Assembly (NCBI GenBank): GCA_044070495.1
Contig: JBIPSI010000026.1
Location: 1-64,000, forward strand
Direction of reading: 5' to 3'
DNA length: 64,000 nt
Source of the DNA: Spirulina sp.
GTDB taxonomy: Bacteria > Cyanobacteriota > Cyanobacteriia > Phormidesmidales > Phormidesmidaceae
Of this stretch, positions 40,333 through 49,608 are shown one piece after another. The translations under genes were made by a program, and so were the position numbers. Numbering within the stretch: the stretch's first letter is position 1; each line of letters starts with the position of its first letter. Below the pieces are notes generated by a model. It was not told the origin of the DNA, ran no database searches, and saw only the letters and a list, made by a program, of their open reading frames with translations.

Positions 40333-41001
40333 ATGGTTCGGTTGCGTCAGGTGTTGATAGGAATTTGTCTGTTGGGGATCATGGCGTGGATGTGGGATGC
40401 CCTGCCCTACTACGCCACCGCCGATTCCCTATCCAATCAGCCCCCCTCTACCGCAGATGCCGCCGTCGAAGACGCCTTGGCCACCGCCACCTTTGCCGGG
40501 GGCTGTTTTTGGTGCATGGAAAAACCCTTTGATGCCCTAGAAGGTGTGGTCGCGACGACCTCTGGTTACACGGGTGGCACCGTCGAAAATCCCAGCTACG
40601 AGCAGGTTTCCGCTGGCGGGACGGGCCATGTGGAAGCCGTGCAAGTCACCTATGATCCGGCCCAGGTCACCTACGATGCTCTGCTGTCGGTGTTTTGGCA
40701 GAACGTAGATCCCCTAGACAACCGGGGCCAGTTTTGCGACAAGGGCAGCCAATATCGGGCCAAAATCTTCGTGCAAACCGATCAAGAGCGCCAGCTTGCC
40801 GAGGACTCTAAGCAAGCCCTAGCCAGCCGCTTTGGCAACCAGCCCATTGCCACCGTCATCGAACCCGCCCAGTCCTTCTATGCCGCCGAAGACTACCACC
40901 AGGACTACTACCTCAAACATCCCGTGCGCTACAACTTTTACCGGACGGCCTGCGGTCGCGATAAGCGCCTAGCCGAGGTTTGGGGGACAACAGCCCACTA
41001 A
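40333..41001 (+). CDS. msrA: Peptide methionine sulfoxide reductase A with signal/anchor peptide
   Basis: AGGCFWCME, GHVEAV, AEDYHQDYY. Confidence 0.95.
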   Translation: MVRLRQVLIGICLLGIMAWMWDALPYYATADSLSNQPPSTADAAVEDALATATFAGGCFWCMEKPFDALEGVVATTSGYTGGTVENPSYEQVSAGGTGHVEAVQVTYDPAQVTYDALLSVFWQNVDPLDNRGQFCDKGSQYRAKIFVQTDQERQLAEDSKQALASRFGNQPIATVIEPAQSFYAAEDYHQDYYLKHPVRYNFYRTACGRDKRLAEVWGTTAH

Positions 41002-41117
41002 CGCGACGACTTGGGAACCATAGCATTAGAAGGGCAAGGGAAACCTTCCCCTGCTGAGGGTTGGGGTGGCCATTGGGGGAATGGGATTCGGGGGTGATAT
41101 TGGGCTTTCCATCCTGG

Positions 41118-41690
41118 CTACCACTGGCGGGGGGTAAAGGTACCGTCGTTGAGAATTACCACGCTATCCCCAGACTGGGCCAGCACAAACAGCCCCTGGC
41201 GGTAGGCATAGCGAGCTACGGCATCGGGTACCACCATCCCGGCCACGGCTCCCATGGCGTTGACATCAGCATAGCGGGGCATCAGCCGCTTAAATTTACT
41301 CAGTCGTTCTAGGTGTTCGTTGACGTGGGTTTCCGTAAGCTTGCTTTTGACTTCGACCAGCACCGCCTCCGTGGTATTCACCACTAGTAGGTCGATTTCA
41401 ATGCCCTCATTGCCGCGCTGCACCGAGACCCCATCATGGAACTCGTGGACGGCGATACCCCGTTCTTGAAACAGCCGCACCACCGCCGGACGCACCTGCC
41501 ATTCCACAAACTCGCCCAAGCGGTTACCCAGCTTGCCCAGTTGCTCATTTAAATGCTGGTTTTGCTGTTTGATGATCCGCCGAGTTTCCTCAAGCTGACG
41601 ATCCGTTTCCTGGAACCGCCGTTCGGTTTCCTTTTGGGCCTCTGCTAATTCGCCCAACAAACGCCAGACATCATCCGCCGTAGTGGCCAT
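41118..41690 (-). CDS. Coiled-coil plus PD-(D/E)XK protein (DUF3782-like)
   Basis: QKETERRFQETDRQ coil, GNRLGEFVE, EIDLL, VEVKSKL. Confidence 0.82.
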   Translation of the reverse strand: MATTADDVWRLLGELAEAQKETERRFQETDRQLEETRRIIKQQNQHLNEQLGKLGNRLGEFVEWQVRPAVVRLFQERGIAVHEFHDGVSVQRGNEGIEIDLLVVNTTEAVLVEVKSKLTETHVNEHLERLSKFKRLMPRYADVNAMGAVAGMVVPDAVARYAYRQGLFVLAQSGDSVVILNDGTFTPRQW

Positions 41691-41852
41691 AGGCTTGTCT
41701 CTGATCGGTCAGTATCGGTGTACTCCTATGCTAGCACTGCCCCCAAGCTATCGATCCGTCCTTGCCCTGGTGATCAAAGCCTTGCTTTCAGAGACGGCTA
41801 GGCTCTAGTGCCCCTCAATTCTAGTGACTGTTGACCCTAGTGTCCCTTAATT

Positions 41853-42353
41853 CTAGCGACCGTTGATCTGGTCACCGATGCGCTGGTAGAGGTCGGCATC
41901 TTGGTCGGATTGCTCTAGGATTTCGTTGAATCGATCCACTGAAAGTCCAGTTTTTTCAATGGCTTGAGCCATGGTTTCTTCGGCCCCTTGGCGCAGGGTC
42001 GCAATACGTCCGATGGCGGATTCAAATTTTTGGGCGATCTCGGCGTCGGCGGGGGGCGCATTGTCTTCGAGGGACTTTTCAGCCAGGGCGTTGAATTCAT
42101 CCACCGTTAGCCCTTCGGTTTCTACGGCGTCAGCCATTTTGTCCTCGGCTTCGCTCCGAATGGTTTGGATGGATTGATAGGCCTTGGCAAATTTCTTGAT
42201 GTCGCCAGCGGGTACCGGAGTGGCTTCCAACAGGTGGGGCGTGCTGAAGGCGGGGGCAAGGGCGACGGGTAGGCCAGCGGCTTGGGCCATGCTGGGATAG
42301 ATACCTAGGCTAAGGGCAACACCTAATACCAGTGCAAGGAGAAATCTGACCAT
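41853..42353 (-). CDS. Exported DUF4168-like protein
   Basis: Signal peptide with AQA; duplicated GLTVDEFN / GLSVDRFN motif; start uncertain. Confidence 0.75.
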   Translation of the reverse strand: MVRFLLALVLGVALSLGIYPSMAQAAGLPVALAPAFSTPHLLEATPVPAGDIKKFAKAYQSIQTIRSEAEDKMADAVETEGLTVDEFNALAEKSLEDNAPPADAEIAQKFESAIGRIATLRQGAEETMAQAIEKTGLSVDRFNEILEQSDQDADLYQRIGDQINGR

Positions 42354-42709
42354 GGCTGACATCCTAATAAAACGGATTGAACAAGGGTGTAAGGGTGGCG
42401 CAGCGTAAAGCATTGGGTCATTGGGCTTATCGGTTACCCGCATCGCCAGGAGCATTAACCGTGGCCTGATCCACTTTGCCAAGGTCAGCCTAGCGCGAAA
42501 GCCGAACTCGATCAAAGGGTGGGGTGTTGGAGCCGAGGCCCGTTTCCAGGGGGCGACAATGGCCCTAATGGTTGACCTAATGGTTTAAACGTGAAGCAGG
42601 GGGCGGCGGCGGGTTCGCGGTGGAGGGATTGCGGAGGGATGGGTCACGGCGGCGGCCCCCAGACGGTCTAGACTCGTAACGTGACCTGTGAGTTGTTTTG
42701 TCTACAAAT

Positions 42710-42766
42710 CCGTCATCTGCAACGCGTCATCTGTCACCCGTTGTCTGCAACTCCGTCACTTGTAAC
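42710..42766 (+). repeat. Four degenerate 14-15 bp tandem repeats in the murQ leader
   Basis: ccgtcatctgcaac gcgtcatctgtcac ccgttgtctgcaac tccgtcacttgtaac. Confidence 0.75.
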
Positions 42767-42789
42767 CCATCTTCTATTGTCTTGGCGAG

Positions 42790-43728
42790 ATGTCTACTTC
42801 TCCTTCCCCAGTCACCAGCCCCACAGATCGAGGGCACTTGCTCACCGAACAGGCTAACCCCCGCAGTGCCCAGTTGGATCAACTCAGCCCGCTGGAACTG
42901 GTGGATTTGTTTAACCAAGAGGATCACCGTACCGTGGCGGCCATTGCAGCGGCCCGCGAACCCCTAGCCCAGGCCATTGAGGTCATTACGTCGGCCCTGC
43001 ACCAAGGGGGCAAGCTGTACTACATTGGGGCAGGTACCAGCGGTCGGTTGGGGGTGTTGGATGCGGCGGAATGTCCGCCCACCTTTTGCACCCCGCCGGA
43101 ACTGGTGCAGGGCATTTTGGCGGGAGGCCCCGCCGCCTTGATCAGAAGTTCTGAGGGCCTAGAGGACATCTTTGAGGATGGCGAAGCGGCCATGGCGGAT
43201 CGTCACGTTAACGCCCTGGATGTGGTGGTGGGCATCACCGCTGGAGGCACGACGCCCTACGTCAAAGGTGCCCTCCATGCGGCCCGTCAGCGAGGGGCCA
43301 AAACCATCTTCATCGCCTGCGTACCCGCCGACCAAGCCCCCGCCCAGGTGGATATTGATATTCGCCTGCTGGTGGGGCCAGAACTGCTGGCTGGATCAAC
43401 CCGGCTGAAGGCGGGCACCGTGACCAAAATGGCGCTGAACATTCTGTCCACCGGAGCGATGGTGCGCCTGGGCAAGGTCTACGGCAACCGCATGGTGGAT
43501 GTAGCCGTGACCAACAGCAAACTACGAGATCGCGCCCTGCGGATTCTCTGCGACCTCACAGATCTGGATCGCACCGCCGCCGCTGACCTGCTGGATCGCA
43601 GTGGACAACAGGTCAAACTAGCCCTGATGATGCACCTCGGCCAGCTTGAGGCCGATGCCGCCCAGCAACAGCTCACCGCCCACCAAGGGCAACTCCGACA
43701 GGCCTTAGCGGCCCTGGGGCGAGACTAG
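42790..43728 (+). CDS. murQ: N-acetylmuramic acid 6-phosphate etherase
   Basis: GAGTSGRLGVLDAAECPPTF, GSTRLKAGT, GKVYGNRMVDV. Confidence 0.97.
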   Translation: MSTSPSPVTSPTDRGHLLTEQANPRSAQLDQLSPLELVDLFNQEDHRTVAAIAAAREPLAQAIEVITSALHQGGKLYYIGAGTSGRLGVLDAAECPPTFCTPPELVQGILAGGPAALIRSSEGLEDIFEDGEAAMADRHVNALDVVVGITAGGTTPYVKGALHAARQRGAKTIFIACVPADQAPAQVDIDIRLLVGPELLAGSTRLKAGTVTKMALNILSTGAMVRLGKVYGNRMVDVAVTNSKLRDRALRILCDLTDLDRTAAADLLDRSGQQVKLALMMHLGQLEADAAQQQLTAHQGQLRQALAALGRD

Positions 43729-44808
43729 CTAGCCAAGATAGCTAACGAGGGCTTGCAGTTTCTCCCAAGCGGCTCCGCTAGCCAGAATCTCCTGAGCTAG
43801 GGTTACCCCCTGGGAAATCTCATCCGCGAGGGACGCACCCTTCACCACTTCACCCACCTTTAGCGCCAAAGCTGCATTCAGCGCTACCACATCCCGTTGG
43901 GCCGGGGTGCCTTTCCCCTGCAACACCGCTGTCAAAATGGCGACATTATCCTCTAAATCCCCTCCCTGCAAGGCACTGAGGGGAGCCTGGGTCAGGCCAA
44001 ATTCCTGGGGATCAAGCACCGCTGTCGTCACCGTGTTCCCCGATACGATGGCGAGATCGGTTTTATCGCCCAAACCCGCCTCATCCAGCCGTTCGCGCCC
44101 GTGCAGCACCACCGCCTGGGGAATACCGAGCTGGCTGAGGGCATTGGCCATGGTCGTCACCACCGCCGGATCGTACACGCCAATCACCTGGCCCGTGGGT
44201 TGCAGCGGGTTCACCAACGGCCCCAGCAAGTTAAACACCGTCCGCACCTTCAGGGTGCTGCGTAACGGAGCCACCGCCTTCATGGCCGGATGCCAGCCCC
44301 GCGCAAACAAAAAGGTAATGCCCACCTCATCTAGGGCCGTTGTCACCCGTTCGGGATGGGCTTCTAGGTGAACCCCCAGCGCTTCCAGTACATCGGCAGA
44401 CCCCACCTTGCTAGAGGCCGAACGGTTGCCGTGCTTAGCCACCCGTAGGCCAGCCGCCGCCGCCACAAAGGCCACCGCCGTTGAAATATTAAAGGTGTGC
44501 GATCCATCGCCGCCGGTGCCGCAGGTGTCGATACAAGGACTGGGATGGACAATCTTGGCCTCACCGCCTAGGGATTGCCCCTGCAATACCCGCGCCATGC
44601 CTGCCAGTTCCTCGGCAGATACGCCCTTGCTTTGCAACGCCGCCAACAACGCCCCCGACATCACCTCCGGAATGCTTGCACTCAGCCAGCCCCGCATTAA
44701 CCCCTCTGATTCTGGCTCACTGAGGGATTCTCGCTGGATCAAGCGCTGGAGCAGGGCAGACCAATCTTGGGTTTCGGTGGCTAGGGTCACGGTAGGCAGT
44801 CCAAACAC
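43729..44808 (-). CDS. trpD: Anthranilate phosphoribosyltransferase
   Basis: [29 protein letters not shown]; start uncertain. Confidence 0.97.
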   Translation of the reverse strand: MFGLPTVTLATETQDWSALLQRLIQRESLSEPESEGLMRGWLSASIPEVMSGALLAALQSKGVSAEELAGMARVLQGQSLGGEAKIVHPSPCIDTCGTGGDGSHTFNISTAVAFVAAAAGLRVAKHGNRSASSKVGSADVLEALGVHLEAHPERVTTALDEVGITFLFARGWHPAMKAVAPLRSTLKVRTVFNLLGPLVNPLQPTGQVIGVYDPAVVTTMANALSQLGIPQAVVLHGRERLDEAGLGDKTDLAIVSGNTVTTAVLDPQEFGLTQAPLSALQGGDLEDNVAILTAVLQGKGTPAQRDVVALNAALALKVGEVVKGASLADEISQGVTLAQEILASGAAWEKLQALVSYLG

Positions 44809-44999
44809 AGCATCCCAGCCTTTAGGGATGGCCGAGGGATGGCCACAGGCGGGGTATAGACAATGTATCAGAAGGGGTTAGGGATTAGGGATGAGACCCC
44901 TAGTGCGCGGCCAGTTTGCCAAAATCTACAGAGTTGTCCTGACTTAGCCCCCCTCCCTCTGCAAAGACTACCTAGCACTCGCTTGGGGAAATTCGGGGC

Positions 45000-46271
45000 A
45001 TGGATACCTGCGTTATGGCTGCGCAACTGTTGGCCCAGTGTTTGAATGGGGAGATGAGCACGAACAGGGTGGCAATCGCGCCACCGGAGATGGCCCCTGA
45101 CCGGGTCGATCCAGCGAGTTCCCCATCCGTTTCCCCATCGGTTTCTGCAACGGTGGATGCGCCCACCTTAGACTGTGTGGCCTGGGGTGGAACGCCCAAG
45201 CCCAAGGATAACGGAGAGACCAACGGCTGCACCGTCGCCGCCCGCCCTGACCCACCCGCCACGGGGCTACCCCCATCCCTCCCCCTCCACGCTGCCCCCA
45301 TCGCTGTCGAACCACCGCCATCACCGCCCCTGGTTGCCGCTGCCCCTACGCCATCTGCGAACCCCTTACCCCCCATCCCGGCACCGATCCAACCCACCCT
45401 AGCGACTCCATCCCCCGCCTTGGCCTGGGCGGCGGGGTCAAATTCCGCCGTCAGAACCGATTCAGCGATCAGGCCAGATCCAGGCGTTAGGATGGAGGGG
45501 ATACGTCTGCCGCGTGATCGTTCTCCTGGCCTAGGTGCTCCGGCCATCAGCGATCCCTGGCCCACCAGCGGTAGTCGGCCCAGCAACGGCAACCAAATGT
45601 ATGCCCTGCGGCGGGCCTCGTTGCAGGCGGGGCAAATGTATACCCGTGCCAATCCCCAGCGCTACCAAAATCAGTGGCAACGCACCACCGCCAGCCCTAC
45701 CCACCAAGATTGGCAAGCCCTGCTACAACGGGAGGCCACGGTGATGGCCCAGGCCCAGGGTCGCAACCGCCTAACGGTGATCGTGGGGGATTCCCTCGCC
45801 CTGTGGATGCCCCCGGAAGCCCTGCCCCAGAATCGGTTTTGGCTAAACCAAAGCATTTCCGGCGAAACCACGAGTCACATGCTCCGCCGTCTGCACTATT
45901 TCGCCAATGCCCGCCCCGATACGATTCACATCATGGCGGGCATCAATGACCTTAAACAGGGCGCTTCCGAGGACTCGGTGGTGCGGAATCTTCAGCAGAT
46001 GGTGCGGCAACTGCGCCAACAGCACCCCCAGGCCCAGATTGTGGTGCATTCCATTTTGCCCACCCGCTGGGAAAGCCTACCCAGTGACCGAATTCAGCGG
46101 GTGAATGGTCGGTTGGCCCAACTGGCCCACCAGCCAGGGGTGAGCTTTGTGGATTTGCAGACTTCCTTTGCCGACAACCAGGGCCAACTGCGACGCGAAC
46201 TCACCACCGATGGACTGCACCTCAGTCGCCAGGGCTATGCCGTGTGGCGAACCGCTTTGGTAAGCTATTGA
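45000..46271 (+). CDS. SGNH/GDSL hydrolase with Pro-rich N-terminal region
   Basis: GDSL, GINDL, DGLHL. Confidence 0.88.
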   Translation: MDTCVMAAQLLAQCLNGEMSTNRVAIAPPEMAPDRVDPASSPSVSPSVSATVDAPTLDCVAWGGTPKPKDNGETNGCTVAARPDPPATGLPPSLPLHAAPIAVEPPPSPPLVAAAPTPSANPLPPIPAPIQPTLATPSPALAWAAGSNSAVRTDSAIRPDPGVRMEGIRLPRDRSPGLGAPAISDPWPTSGSRPSNGNQMYALRRASLQAGQMYTRANPQRYQNQWQRTTASPTHQDWQALLQREATVMAQAQGRNRLTVIVGDSLALWMPPEALPQNRFWLNQSISGETTSHMLRRLHYFANARPDTIHIMAGINDLKQGASEDSVVRNLQQMVRQLRQQHPQAQIVVHSILPTRWESLPSDRIQRVNGRLAQLAHQPGVSFVDLQTSFADNQGQLRRELTTDGLHLSRQGYAVWRTALVSY

Positions 46272-46359
46272 AACCTTGCACCCTGGGCTAGGGAATTGCC
46301 CTTGACTTGGCCCATCGACGGTGTGGATACGGGAAATTGCCCCCGGATGGAGCTTGCCC

Positions 46360-47193
46360 ATGGATATTGTTGCCATTGTCGTTAGTGCCCTAATGGCCCT
46401 TGTGGCCCCCGCCGGGGTGGTGCTCGATACCCTCGCCGCCGATTCCCTGCGTCGTCAGGTGGCGGAGGTGGATGACCTCTATGTGCGTATTGATAACGTC
46501 CCCAACTACCAGATCATCAACGGACGGGTTGATCAAGCCCGTGTGGCGGCGCGGGGGGTCTATCCTCGCCAACTGCCCGACCTGCGTATTGCGGCTATCG
46601 ATCTCGAAACCGACACGGTGGCGGTGGATGTGGGAGCCTTGCAGCGGGGCCAGCTCAAGCTCAATGCCCCGGCCCAGGCGGCCCTGCGGTTAAGGATTCA
46701 GGCCAGCGACATCAATACCTTTCTGGCCTCGCCCCAGGTACAAACTTGGCTGAATACCCTTCAGTTCAGCCTGCCAGGGGAAGCGGGGGATCGAACCCAG
46801 CAACGCTACGGCCTCGCCAACCCCACCCTAGAATTTCTAGAAGGGGATCGCTTGCGATTGGTGGTGGATTTGGAGGATCGGGTGCTGGCCGAAACCATCC
46901 CCATCACCCTGGAAACTGGGGTGGCGGTGGTGAATGGCCATCGGTTTGAGCTAGTTCAGCCTCGCCTAGAGATTGAAGGGGAATTGGCCCCGCCAGAACT
47001 GGTGACCAGCTTTGCCGATGGGGCTAGCCAAGAATTTTCCCTGCGGCGACTGGAGGAATGGGGACTCACGTCACGCATTTTGGCCTTTAATGTGCGGGAC
47101 AACGAACTCGATATTGCCCTCTTTGCCCGCCTCGAACCCGACTCGCCGTTTTTACAACGACAGACGTTACAGCCATCGTCGTTACAGCCATAA
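46360..47193 (+). CDS. DUF2993/LmeA-like protein
   Basis: N-terminal hydrophobic helix and beta-rich body; family from recall. Confidence 0.7.
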   Translation: MDIVAIVVSALMALVAPAGVVLDTLAADSLRRQVAEVDDLYVRIDNVPNYQIINGRVDQARVAARGVYPRQLPDLRIAAIDLETDTVAVDVGALQRGQLKLNAPAQAALRLRIQASDINTFLASPQVQTWLNTLQFSLPGEAGDRTQQRYGLANPTLEFLEGDRLRLVVDLEDRVLAETIPITLETGVAVVNGHRFELVQPRLEIEGELAPPELVTSFADGASQEFSLRRLEEWGLTSRILAFNVRDNELDIALFARLEPDSPFLQRQTLQPSSLQP

Positions 47194-47307
47194 ACCTGTC
47201 GCGACCAACTTTACCGCAATAGACAGAGGCCCAAGCTGTCCCATCTGCGCCATAATTTGGGCGAATTTGATCTAGCCTGACAGTGTGATCTCATTTGGGA
47301 GGCCCCC

Positions 47308-47997
47308 ATGGACTACAAAGACAAACTGCGTCGCATTCCCCTTGGAGTGGCTGCGGGGCTGGCAACCCTGGTGCTAGCATCTGGCGGTTCGGTGGCTTGG
47401 TTCACCTGGCGATCTCTGAACCCGGTGCCTCCCGTGGCCGAGTTTCCGCCCCTAGAGGTCACCCCCACCCAGCCCGATCAAACCCTACCGCCCCAAACGG
47501 ATCCCGCCACCGATCCGACGGTGCCCCAGGTGTCCCAGGGCGAACCCAGCGCCCCCGCCACCGAGCAAACCGGGCAAATCTTTTGGCTGAAGGACGAGGG
47601 CGGACAACTGCAACTGGTACCCGAAGCCATCACCGTCGCCGGAGATCTCTCCCCCGATGCCCAGGTAAAAGCCGCCTTTGACAGCCTGCTCGCCAAAACG
47701 GGCGACGCCGAGCAAGACGCCTTCACCACCATCCCCGAACAAACCCAACTGCTGGCCGCCACCGTAGAAGAGGACGGCATTCACGTCGATCTCTCGGCCA
47801 ACTTCACCAGCGGCGGGGGTAGCGCTTCCATGACCGGACGCCTCGGCCAAGTGATCTACACCGCCACCGCCTTCGACCCCGCCGCCCCAGTGTGGATTTC
47901 CGTGGATGGCCAACCCCTCACCCTCCTCGGTGGCGAAGGGCTGGAAGTGAGCCAACCCATGACCCGCGACGACTTTAACCAAGGCTTTGGCTTCTAG
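47308..47997 (+). CDS. GerMN domain protein
   Basis: TM anchor, HVDLSANFTSGGGSASM, QVIYTAT. Confidence 0.88.
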   Translation: MDYKDKLRRIPLGVAAGLATLVLASGGSVAWFTWRSLNPVPPVAEFPPLEVTPTQPDQTLPPQTDPATDPTVPQVSQGEPSAPATEQTGQIFWLKDEGGQLQLVPEAITVAGDLSPDAQVKAAFDSLLAKTGDAEQDAFTTIPEQTQLLAATVEEDGIHVDLSANFTSGGGSASMTGRLGQVIYTATAFDPAAPVWISVDGQPLTLLGGEGLEVSQPMTRDDFNQGFGF

Positions 47998-49117
47998 ATC
48001 GCCGTCCCCTCCCTTTGCGGCAGGGATACCCCCCACCCTCTCCCTTCAAGGGTGTTTGGCCCAAGCCCTCTCCCCCGTGGTGGCCAGGGCGATGTCCGCT
48101 TGCGGGTACGACTCCCCATTTCCCCCCTCGACGGAACGCGCCGCTCCACTGCCCCCCCTACGCTTCAGTCGAGATCGGCAGGATATCGCCTACCTCTATC
48201 GCCCCAGTCTCATCCATCCCAGCATCACCCACCCCGATACAGACCATCCCAGCGCCAAATCGGGGGCCATCCCCGCTGACCTCACCGCCGCCCTAGTGTC
48301 CCAATGGGCCGATTTATTCCCTGATAATCCCACCAAAAACGTAGGGGCAGGGTCTCCCTACCCAACCACACCGAGGGCAGACAACCCAGATTTAGCCATA
48401 GATTCCCCTAACCAAGCTTCCCTAGCCCCAGACTCCTTGATTCTTGCCGATTGGGAAACTTACCTGAGCACCCACACCACCGCCCATGCCCTCCCCAGCG
48501 GACAACTGCTGCTGCGCCCCACCGCCACCGCCCTAGGCACCTGGCTTTGGGTCTTTACCCACACCTGCCCACCACCGCCCACCCCCACGGACTCAGCCCC
48601 GATCCCCTTTCCCCAAAAGCAAGCCCCCCTAGCCGAAGCCCTGCACCTGTCTTCCCTGGCGCTGCTGCAATACACCCACATGCGCTGCCACCAGTTGGTC
48701 CAGCGTTCCCTGACTCTATCCCCAAGTCCACCCCTATTCACCGACCCAGACCTAGCCAAGGGTTTGGCCCTGGCCCTGAGTCAACCCACGGGGCGGCGGC
48801 TTCTGCGTTCCTTGGTGACCCTTGTGGATCACCTAGCGATGGGTCATGGCACCGATGAGCCAGCCCCAAATGAGCGGCCTTCGCCTATCACCCCATCCAC
48901 AGATTCTCCAGGCACAACCAACCCTGTCCCGCCCCCAGCCCTAAATCAGGGGTTTCTCAAGGGCTATCACCTGTGTGAATCGGTGGATCAGTGGCTACGG
49001 GAAATTGTGGGGCATTCCGAGGATCCAGCCACTCTACTCCTGCTGCAAGGAATTTCCCTAGGCTTAGCTCACCTGCTTCAGGGGTGGCTTCAGGCTACAG
49101 CCCCCGTCCAGCTTTAG
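47987..49117 (+). CDS. Divergent protein with DALR anticodon-binding-like motifs
   Basis: LQYTHMRCHQLV and terminal APVQL resemble the ArgRS DALR domain; start uncertain. Confidence 0.5.
   Translation: MASRSPSPPFAAGIPPTLSLQGCLAQALSPVVARAMSACGYDSPFPPSTERAAPLPPLRFSRDRQDIAYLYRPSLIHPSITHPDTDHPSAKSGAIPADLTAALVSQWADLFPDNPTKNVGAGSPYPTTPRADNPDLAIDSPNQASLAPDSLILADWETYLSTHTTAHALPSGQLLLRPTATALGTWLWVFTHTCPPPPTPTDSAPIPFPQKQAPLAEALHLSSLALLQYTHMRCHQLVQRSLTLSPSPPLFTDPDLAKGLALALSQPTGRRLLRSLVTLVDHLAMGHGTDEPAPNERPSPITPSTDSPGTTNPVPPPALNQGFLKGYHLCESVDQWLREIVGHSEDPATLLLLQGISLGLAHLLQGWLQATAPVQL
48341..48363 (+). repeat. GTAG-family REP copy inside an ORF
   Basis: gtaggggcagggtctccctaccc. Confidence 0.7.
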
Positions 49118-49257
49118 GTTCGCGGTTATGGCAATGGAAGACGGCCATCTATTGATTAACCTATTCCCTTAAAGGGAGCTAGGGTCATAAGAAATCCTGG
49201 TTGAAAATGGCTGTAATTGGGATGACATCGCTGAAAACCTTAACTATAATAAAGAAC

Positions 49258-49321
49258 GTGTGAGGAGCGAACCAGAGGAGATGCCGAGACGAAACACGGC
49301 CAGTCGTCGGCATCTCTTTTG
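49258..49321 (+). ncRNA. yfr2: Yfr2-like ncRNA
   Basis: TATAAT at 49245-49250, 5' GTGTGAGGAG, loop GAAACACGG in GAGATGCCGA/TCGGCATCTC stem, T tail; motifs match my recall of Yfr2. Confidence 0.72.
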
Positions 49322-49401
49322 TTTTAAATACTTTTTCCTACCATCCCCTTCAACAGGTAGGAGCTATGAAGAACTTATAGGTCAACAGTAGTGGTGCAGG
49401 T

Positions 49402-49575
49402 GTAGGTTGGGTGCAGCGGAGCGGAACCCAACAACCTAGGAGATTTCTAGGAAAGAAGATCCCTGCTTTAGGCGGGGACCATAGCCACCGTAGGGTGGGC
49501 ACTGCCCACTATGAGGGAGAACGTTTTCCAGAAATCTCCTAAGGTTTGGGTGGGCGAGGAGACCTCGCCCCCTAC
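49402..49575. repeat. Mosaic of three GTAG REP types and a TA-flanked inverted-repeat element
   Basis: REPs at 49402-49432, 49490-49509, 49552-49575; TA|GGAGATTTCT ... AGAAATCTCC|TA at 49439-49539. Confidence 0.8.
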
Positions 49576-49608
49576 AGGTGATTAGACGGGTGGAGGATCG
49601 GGGGCAGA

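Noticed and set aside
41805..41856. 20-bp imperfect direct repeat ctagtg(c/t)ccct(c/t)aattctag
   Set aside because: Two copies only, overlapping a stop codon; probably a local duplication
44972..45652. 226-aa antisense ORF, and similar long shadow ORFs at 10812, 28796, 53041 and 61466
   Set aside because: Opposite-strand shadows of well-supported genes, expected in GC-rich DNA
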